From NCBI GenBank assembly GCA_963719495.1, contig CAVRCI010000013.1, positions 672,001 to 736,000 of the forward strand: 64,000 nt of DNA, written 5' to 3'. Position 1 is the first letter of the stretch. Each line of letters begins with the position of its first letter. Origin of the DNA: an uncultured Verrucomicrobiae bacterium. GTDB lineage: Bacteria > Verrucomicrobiota > Verrucomicrobiia > Chthoniobacterales > JAATET01. Positions 53,587-64,000 of the stretch are shown piece by piece. The position numbers and the translations under genes were made by a program. Below the pieces are notes generated by a model. That model was not told where the DNA came from and made no database searches. It saw only the letters and a list, made by a program, of their open reading frames with translations.

Positions 53587-53652
53587 GTGGGAAGTGTTCC
53601 GCTTTGCGGAATAGGGTTGGTGCGGCGGCTGGAAGCGCGCCGTTCCTCGAGC

Positions 53653-54030
53653 TTATGCCGAGAAGCTTTCGCCGCAGCTGCAGTGGGCGACGGCGTTGGG
53701 GTTGGTGACTTTGAAACCACCTTTTTGGAGGTCGTCGCTGTAGTCGAGTTCGGAGCCGCTGACGAAGAGCGCGGTCTTGGGGTCGACGACGACGCGGACT
53801 TCGCGGGACTCGACGAGGATGTCGCGGTTCGCGGGTCCGTCGACGAGATCCATCTTGTATTGGAGGCCGGAGCAGCCGCCGCCGATGACGGCGACGCGCA
53901 GGCCGCCGGTCTCGAAGCGACCCTGGCGGGTGAGCAGGGTTTTCAATTTCGTGCCGGCGGATTCGGAGACGCGGATGAGCTTCTCGTTTCCGACGCGGTA
54001 TTGAATTCCGTTTTGTTCGACGACTGCCAT
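53653..54030 (-). CDS. Fe-S cluster assembly accessory protein (HesB/IscA family)
   Basis: GGGCSGLQY, NPNA...CSCGESF. Confidence 0.95.
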   Translation of the reverse strand: MAVVEQNGIQYRVGNEKLIRVSESAGTKLKTLLTRQGRFETGGLRVAVIGGGCSGLQYKMDLVDGPANRDILVESREVRVVVDPKTALFVSGSELDYSDDLQKGGFKVTNPNAVAHCSCGESFSA

Positions 54031-54146
54031 GGGGGTTCTATCGGGCAAGATGGCTCCTCACACAAGGGGGTTCGCGCCGGAGGGTTGTCCGTTCGTGGGG
54101 CGTTATTGGGAGTTTCGTTCGGTGCGGGTCTGGGTATCCTGCAACG

Positions 54147-58512
<4,366 letters not shown>

Positions 58513-58866
58513 GATTCCGTTGAGCGAATGCAGTGTAAGCCAGAGATGCTTCGCTGCGCTCAGCATGACAGGTGGGGGGGTCGGCAGTTGCGGGCGGTCT
58601 CGAGGTCATGATTTTTGAACAGAGCACCGGCGGCTGGGAAGCCGCGGGGCAGACTGCGTCGGCTCTGCGATGCGGCCCGAAGGGCGGGCCGAGCGGGAGC
58701 GAGCGAGTCAACATCAGCGGGCCGGATCGGGCGGCCAATCGAGGAAATGCAAATACAGATTGGAACAGAAGGGCGCAAAGGTCGCAAAGGGGTGAAAGAA
58801 TTTCTTCCATGAATGCCTTTTCTTCGCGCCCTTTGCGTCCTTTTGTTCAAATCTGTATCATCACTT

Positions 58867-59229
58867 ATGGCATCGAACGTTTTAGGCACTGAATTGGAGT
58901 GTTGCTGCATGGACCCGCTGACCGGGTATTTCCGGGATGGGTTCTGTCACACCGGGCCGGGGGACGTGGGGCTGCACACGGTGTGCGCGGAAATGACGGA
59001 GGAATTCCTGCGGTTTTCGTATGAACGGGGGAACGATCTGGTGACGCCGCGGCCGGACATGCGGTTCCCCGGTTTGCAGCCGGGGGACAAGTGGTGCCTG
59101 TGCGTGACGCGTTGGCAGGAGGCGCTGGAGGCGGGCGTCGCTCCGCGGATTTTTCTCAACGCGACGCACGCTTCGGCCGTGGAGTTCGTTTCGCGGGAGG
59201 ATTTGTCGGCTCACGCGGTGGATGAGTGA
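58867..59229 (+). CDS. DUF2237 family protein
   Basis: NVLG..L..C..DPLTGYFRDG.C, GNDL.TP.P, GDKWCLC. Confidence 0.9.
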   Translation: MASNVLGTELECCCMDPLTGYFRDGFCHTGPGDVGLHTVCAEMTEEFLRFSYERGNDLVTPRPDMRFPGLQPGDKWCLCVTRWQEALEAGVAPRIFLNATHASAVEFVSREDLSAHAVDE

Positions 59230-59275
59230 TTTTTGACCGCGGATGGACGCGGATTTACGCGGATGAGGTTTTTTT

Positions 59276-60541
59276 ATGGAGCATGATGTTCTGATTATTG
59301 GTGCGGGGGTGGCCGGGTTGTGTGCGGCGGATTCGCTGCTGGCGGGGGGGCATCGACCGCTTGTTGTCGAGGCTTCGGATCACGTGGGGGGGCGGGTGCG
59401 GTCGTTGGACAGTTTTGGCGACGTTTCGATCGAGCTGGGGGCGGAGGAGGTGCACGGGATGGACAACGCGGTGGCGCGGTTGGCGGCGGAGCAGGGGATG
59501 GATCTCATCTCGCACATGACGCTCAACGACCTGCTGCGGCTCGACGGGGAGTTGCGGACTCTGGATCAGGCGCAGATGGATCCGGCGGTGCGGCGGGCTT
59601 TCGATTTGATCGATTCGCTGGGGGATTACCGGAGTGAGAATTGGTCGGCGGAGGAATTTCTCATCCGGTCCCACTTCCCGCGGCGAGCCTGGCATTATTT
59701 GTCGTCTCGGCTGGGGGTGGAGCACGGGACGACGCTCGACCGGTTGGCGATGCGGGGGTTTGCGAGTTACCAGAAGGGGTGGGAGGCCCGGGAGACGAAT
59801 TACACGCTGGCGGGGCGGTATTTGGATTTGTTCGAGCCGATGACGAAGCGGCTGGAGGGCGCGATTCGGCTCAATACGCCGGTGGCGGCGATCGATTGGT
59901 CGGGCGAGCCGAGCGTGCGGCTGCAGAACAGCGAGGAGCTGCGGGCGAAGGCGGTGATCGTGACGGTGCCGCTGCCGATTCTCACGGAGCGGCTGATCCA
60001 TTTTTCCCCGCAATTACCGGCGGAGAAGATCGCGGCGGCGGACAGCATCGGGATGGACACGGGGATGAAAATCATCCTGAAATTCAAGCACCGCTTCTGG
60101 GACGAGCACCTTTACTTCATCCACACGGACGGGTTCCTGCCGCAGTTCTGGGCGCCCTGCAAGGGGCGGTCGGAGACAACGTTCGTGCTCACGGCGTTCG
60201 TCGGCGGGACGCGGGCGGAGATGCTGGATACGATGAGCGTGGATCCGGTGCGGTTCGCGCTGGAGGAATTGGACGAGCTTTTCGGCGACAAGATCGCGTC
60301 GCGGTCGTTCGAGCGGGGATTGGTGTCGGATTGGGGCGCGGATCCCTGGGTGCGGGGGTTGTATTCGTATCCGACGGTGCGGACGACGGAGGCGAGCCGG
60401 GATGCGCTGGCGCGGCCGTTGGCGAACAAAATTTTCTTCGCGGGCGAGGCGACGAACACCTATGGCGCGAGCGGCACGGTGCACGGGGCAATGGAGACGG
60501 GGTGGCGCGCGGCGAACGAGGTCGAGGCGGTGCTGGGGTAG
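59276..60541 (+). CDS. Flavin monoamine oxidase family protein
   Basis: GAGVAGL, EA...GGR, W..DP...G.YS, FAGEAT, TVHGA..TG. Confidence 0.9.
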   Translation: MEHDVLIIGAGVAGLCAADSLLAGGHRPLVVEASDHVGGRVRSLDSFGDVSIELGAEEVHGMDNAVARLAAEQGMDLISHMTLNDLLRLDGELRTLDQAQMDPAVRRAFDLIDSLGDYRSENWSAEEFLIRSHFPRRAWHYLSSRLGVEHGTTLDRLAMRGFASYQKGWEARETNYTLAGRYLDLFEPMTKRLEGAIRLNTPVAAIDWSGEPSVRLQNSEELRAKAVIVTVPLPILTERLIHFSPQLPAEKIAAADSIGMDTGMKIILKFKHRFWDEHLYFIHTDGFLPQFWAPCKGRSETTFVLTAFVGGTRAEMLDTMSVDPVRFALEELDELFGDKIASRSFERGLVSDWGADPWVRGLYSYPTVRTTEASRDALARPLANKIFFAGEATNTYGASGTVHGAMETGWRAANEVEAVLG

Positions 60542-60648
60542 CGCGGCGGGTTGTCGGCGGCTGGTTGGTTTTAGGGTCGCTTGGTGGATTAGCCACGGCT
60601 CGGCGGGAGCCTCGCCTTCCGGGGGGGCTTTACGGTCACTGGGTTTGA

Positions 60649-61311
60649 TTAGTTCGATTCTACTGCGACTTCGGTGAAGAAGATGCGGACGTCGTCTGTT
60701 CCCCGGTGGTCGGTGGCGATGCGGATCGGGCCGAACTTTTCGGGCTTCGACCAGGTGGTGGCCATGGTGACTTCGTCGGATCCTCCTTTGCGAAAGGTCC
60801 AGGCTTGGACTTCGTTTTTCTCGTCGAGGTAGAGGTCGTAGGCGTCGCCGGGGGTGTAGCCGCCTTCGGTGGCGTATTGGATGGTCAGGGATTTTGCGGC
60901 TTCGCCCTCGCCGACCGGGAGGGGGAGCGGGCCGGCCTTTTCGGTGATCGTGGTGCCGCTGTCCCAGACGAGGTGAAAGGGGAAGAGGAGCCAATAGCTG
61001 TCGTTGATGAATTGCTGGTCGATGGCGGCGAGGGTCTCGTCGGTCGGGGTGCCGGCGCGCTGGTAGGTCGTCGTCTTGTCTTCGGCGTCGGTGAGGGTGA
61101 CCTGATTCGTCTGGGGTTCCCAGACCCAGTGGCGGGTGACGGTTTTGTTGGGGAGCTGGGCGTTGAAGGTGAACGTGACGCGCTGGACGCTGGGCCAGGC
61201 CTGGATTCCGTAGGCGTCGGCGATGGCTTGGACGGTGGATGAATCGCCGGCCCGGGCGGCTGGGATCAAAATGGCAACGACGAGGGCGGCGAGGAGCGGA
61301 AGTGGGCGCAT
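60649..61311 (-). CDS. Exported hypothetical protein
   Basis: Signal peptide; FINDSYWLLFPF and GYTPGD.Y motifs. Confidence 0.75.
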   Translation of the reverse strand: MRPLPLLAALVVAILIPAARAGDSSTVQAIADAYGIQAWPSVQRVTFTFNAQLPNKTVTRHWVWEPQTNQVTLTDAEDKTTTYQRAGTPTDETLAAIDQQFINDSYWLLFPFHLVWDSGTTITEKAGPLPLPVGEGEAAKSLTIQYATEGGYTPGDAYDLYLDEKNEVQAWTFRKGGSDEVTMATTWSKPEKFGPIRIATDHRGTDDVRIFFTEVAVESN

Positions 61312-61411
61312 GGGAGGACGGTTGGGCGAATCGGGCCGTCTGCCAACCGAAAAGATTGCATCCAAGCCGACCCACGCGGATGGGTGGGGCGTGCCGAATC
61401 AACGCGACGAT

Positions 61412-61909
61412 ATGAATTTTGAAGTGCTGCCACCCGACAAGGACCGGGACCAACCGAATTTGTCGAAGCTGATGGCTTACGTGCTCGACGATCTCATCCC
61501 GATCCCGGGGACGAAGTTTCGCATCGGGCTGGATCCGATCATCGGATTGATCCCGGGTGTCGGGGACAGTTCGACGGCGGTGTTTTCGTCGATGATCATC
61601 ATCAACGGACTGCGGTCGGGATTGCCGCGCGTGGTGCTGCTGCGGATGGTGGGGAACGTGCTCCTCAACACGGTCGTCGGCGCGGTGCCGGTGGTGGGTG
61701 ACGTTTTTTCGGCGTGGTTCAAATCGAACAACAAAAACTACGCTCTGCTGCGCGAGCACCAGGGTGGGAAGCGGCGGGCGAGCAAGGCGGATTGGGGCGT
61801 GGTGCTGGCGATGCTGGCGGGTGTGTTGATCGTGCTTTTCGCGTTGGCCGTGTTGGTTGGCTGGATCACGGTGCGGTTTTTCGCGTGGCTCACGGGCTCC
61901 CTCGGGTAG
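61412..61909 (+). CDS. DUF4112 domain membrane protein
   Basis: LDD.I.IPGT.FRIGLDPIIGLIPGVGD, G.VPVVGD.F...FKSN. Confidence 0.9.
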   Translation: MNFEVLPPDKDRDQPNLSKLMAYVLDDLIPIPGTKFRIGLDPIIGLIPGVGDSSTAVFSSMIIINGLRSGLPRVVLLRMVGNVLLNTVVGAVPVVGDVFSAWFKSNNKNYALLREHQGGKRRASKADWGVVLAMLAGVLIVLFALAVLVGWITVRFFAWLTGSLG

Positions 61910-61921
61910 GATCGCCGACCT

Positions 61922-63355
61922 ATGGATGAAACAGCACCCCCCGCGGAGAAGCGGAGTCAATTTTTCGAATCGGTCTGCTCGTATTTCGACCGCGCGGCGG
62001 CGCTGAGTGAGTTTTCGCCCGGCATTCTGGATCAGGTGAAGACGTGCAACAGCGTCTACCGGATGAAATTTCCGGTGAAGGACGACGACGGCAACGTGGT
62101 CGTCGTCGAGGCCTACCGGGCGGAACACAGTCATCATCGGCTGCCGTGCAAGGGCGGGCTGCGCTACAGCCTGTCGGTCACTCTGGACGAGACCATCGCC
62201 TTGGCGGCGCTCATGACCTACAAGTGCGCGCTGGTCGGGGTGCCGTTCGGCGGGGCGAAGGGCGGGGTGGTGATCGATTCGCGGGCGTCGTCGGTGGGGT
62301 TCCGGGAGCGGGTGACGCGGCGGCTGACGGCCGAGCTGAACAAGAAAAAGTTCATCGGACCCTCGATCGACGTGCCCGCTCCGGATTACGGGACGGGTGA
62401 GCAGGAGATGGCGTGGATCGCGGACACGTATCGGGCGCTGAACTTCAACGACGCGAATCCCTACGCCTGCGTGACGGGCAAGCCGCTCGACATGCACGGC
62501 ATCCCGGGCCGCAAGGAGGCGACGGGGCTGGGTGTTTATTTTGGAATCAAAGAATGTCTGTCGCACGCGGAGGACATGGAGCCGCTGGGGCTGACGCCGG
62601 GCGTCGAGGGGAAGCGCGTGATCGTCCAGGGTCTCGGCAACGTCGGCGAACACGCGGCGCATTATCTGCACGAAGCGGGGGCGCTCGTCGTGGGGATCAG
62701 CGAGCTGGGCGGCGGGATTTACGACGCGGCGGGGATCGACGTCGCGAAGGCGGTTGGGCATTTTCGTGAGCACCGGTCGTTCGACGGATTTGGGGCGGGA
62801 GAGTTCGTTCGCGACCCGGGCAAGGTGCTCGAAATGGAGTGCGACATCCTGGTGCCGGCCGCGCTGGAGAATCAAATCACCGCGGACAACGCCGGGCGGA
62901 TTCAGGCGAAGATCGTGGCGGAGGCGGCGAATGGGCCGGTGGATTTCGAGGGTCAGCAAATCCTGCTGGAGAAGGGTGTGCTGGTGATTCCGGATCTGTA
63001 TCTCAACGCGGGTGGGGTGACGGTTTCGTATTTCGAATGGCTGCGGAACTTGTCGCACGTGAGCTTCGACCGGATGAATTCGCGCTACATCGAGCACTCG
63101 CGCACGCAGATGGTCGAGGCGGTCGAGGGACTGACCGGTCGGGCGTTCGACCCGGACACGCGGAAGGATCTGACGACCGGGCCGCACGAGTTGGACTTCG
63201 TCCGGACGGCGCTGCAGGAGACGATGGCGCTCGCCTACAACAACGTGCGGACGATCTGGAAGACGAAGGACATGCCGGATTTACGGACGGCGGCGTATTA
63301 CTTCGCGATCGACCGGGTGGCGCGGCACTACGTGGCGAACGGGATCTTTCCGTAA
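61922..63355 (+). CDS. Glu/Leu/Phe/Val dehydrogenase (glutamate dehydrogenase)
   Basis: KGGLRY, MTYKCA, PFGGAKGG, DVPAPD, QGLGNVG, NAGGVTVSYFEW. Confidence 0.95.
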   Translation: MDETAPPAEKRSQFFESVCSYFDRAAALSEFSPGILDQVKTCNSVYRMKFPVKDDDGNVVVVEAYRAEHSHHRLPCKGGLRYSLSVTLDETIALAALMTYKCALVGVPFGGAKGGVVIDSRASSVGFRERVTRRLTAELNKKKFIGPSIDVPAPDYGTGEQEMAWIADTYRALNFNDANPYACVTGKPLDMHGIPGRKEATGLGVYFGIKECLSHAEDMEPLGLTPGVEGKRVIVQGLGNVGEHAAHYLHEAGALVVGISELGGGIYDAAGIDVAKAVGHFREHRSFDGFGAGEFVRDPGKVLEMECDILVPAALENQITADNAGRIQAKIVAEAANGPVDFEGQQILLEKGVLVIPDLYLNAGGVTVSYFEWLRNLSHVSFDRMNSRYIEHSRTQMVEAVEGLTGRAFDPDTRKDLTTGPHELDFVRTALQETMALAYNNVRTIWKTKDMPDLRTAAYYFAIDRVARHYVANGIFP

Positions 63356-63414
63356 GTCGGTGACGAGGCGTTTACGCTTCGTGCGTCGAGTGGGTGCGCC
63401 GCCCTGACGGCAAA

Positions 63415-63478
63415 CGGGGTGAGGGCGTCTCGCCCTCGATATCTCGTTTGAACGCGAGGACGAGACGTCCTCACCCCG
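63415..63478. repeat. REP-like inverted doublet
   Basis: CGGGGTGAGGGCGTCTCGCCCTCG ... CGAGGACGAGACGTCCTCACCCCG. Confidence 0.7.
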
Positions 63479-63564
63479 CTTCTGCGTTCACTCGTAGGAC
63501 GGGGATTTTGCTCTGATCCATCTGGGGATTGACGCGAAGTGCCCGCGCCGAGAGCATTCGATGC

Positions 63565-63792
63565 GTGCGAACGACCCTGGATATTTCAAAGTCGGTGATG
63601 GAGGAATTGCGGAAGTTGAAGAAGATCGAGGGGAATTCTTTGGGTCGAATCGCATCGCGTTTGCTGGCCGAAGGTTTGGCGGCGCACTCGCGGCGCGATA
63701 GTGGCTCTGTCTGGAACACTCGCGCGATGAACGCCCGCGTGAATCTCGCGAACAAAGACGAGGTTTATCGGATTCTGGACGGACGCTCATGA
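63565..63792 (+). CDS. VapB-like antitoxin (orphan)
   Basis: MRTTLDI....EL......G.SLG..AS.LLAE.L. Confidence 0.7.
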   Translation: MRTTLDISKSVMEELRKLKKIEGNSLGRIASRLLAEGLAAHSRRDSGSVWNTRAMNARVNLANKDEVYRILDGRS

Positions 63793-64000
63793 CCATTGGG
63801 ACGATCAAAGGCGTCGAAGGATTTCGCATTCTGCTTTGCCGACTTGGCGACGCGATTCGGGACGCGGTGATCGCGGGGCGGGACGCGGCTTCCCTGGAGT
63901 CGATGAGCGCGGTGGCGCACGAGTCGGCGGCGGATACGATCTACGCGATCGACAAGGTGAGCGAGGAGGCGATCGCCAAATGGTTCATCGCGGTGTGGCC
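63789..64000 (+). CDS. Possible inositol monophosphatase family protein, truncated by window end
   Basis: ATGA overlap; DTIYAIDKVSE motif. Confidence 0.5.
   Translation, partial: MTIGTIKGVEGFRILLCRLGDAIRDAVIAGRDAASLESMSAVAHESAADTIYAIDKVSEEAIAKWFIAVW

Overview
High-GC bacterial chromosome segment, probably Verrucomicrobiota (inferred from a DUF5069-like gene and a Lys-rich nucleoid-type protein). It has three zones. (1) 1-~4500 is the AT-richer tail of a surface-polysaccharide operon: Wzy-like polymerase, two GT4 glycosyltransferases, and remnants of a third GT4, a WcaF-like acetyltransferase and an FkbM methyltransferase. (2) ~4500-33800 is a ~29 kb mosaic. Repeated, chimeric or broken copies of polysaccharide genes (WecB/TagA/CpsF x4, NAD-dependent epimerase x5 pieces, VanZ x3 pieces) alternate with about ten toxin-antitoxin modules (MNT-HEPN x3, PIN-type x4, Phd-RelE x2, HicBA, plus an AbrB remnant) and three polyvalent-type kinases. 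Module junctions repeatedly coincide with 7-bp tandem tracts, 9-bp doublet repeats, a ~70 bp GGGGTCGGTCATTCA motif and a ~90 bp miniature element that inserts without a target duplication. No dedicated recombinase is seen. The zone also holds two IS1202/ISNCY-like copies (16-bp TSDs) and one IS630. (3) ~33800-64000 is mostly intact core-like genes: OM barrel/DUF1254/AraC cluster, Uup, MarR-RND efflux, tRNA-Thr, DnaJ/CbpA, a 262-bp REP-based tandem array, HAD, PPTase, IscA, XylB, UbiX, CBM2-CBM2-GH9 cellulase, amine oxidase and glutamate dehydrogenase. The best candidate for an undescribed system is the short-repeat-delimited cassette-shuffling array in zone 2. All calls come from manual motif recognition; no database searches were run.
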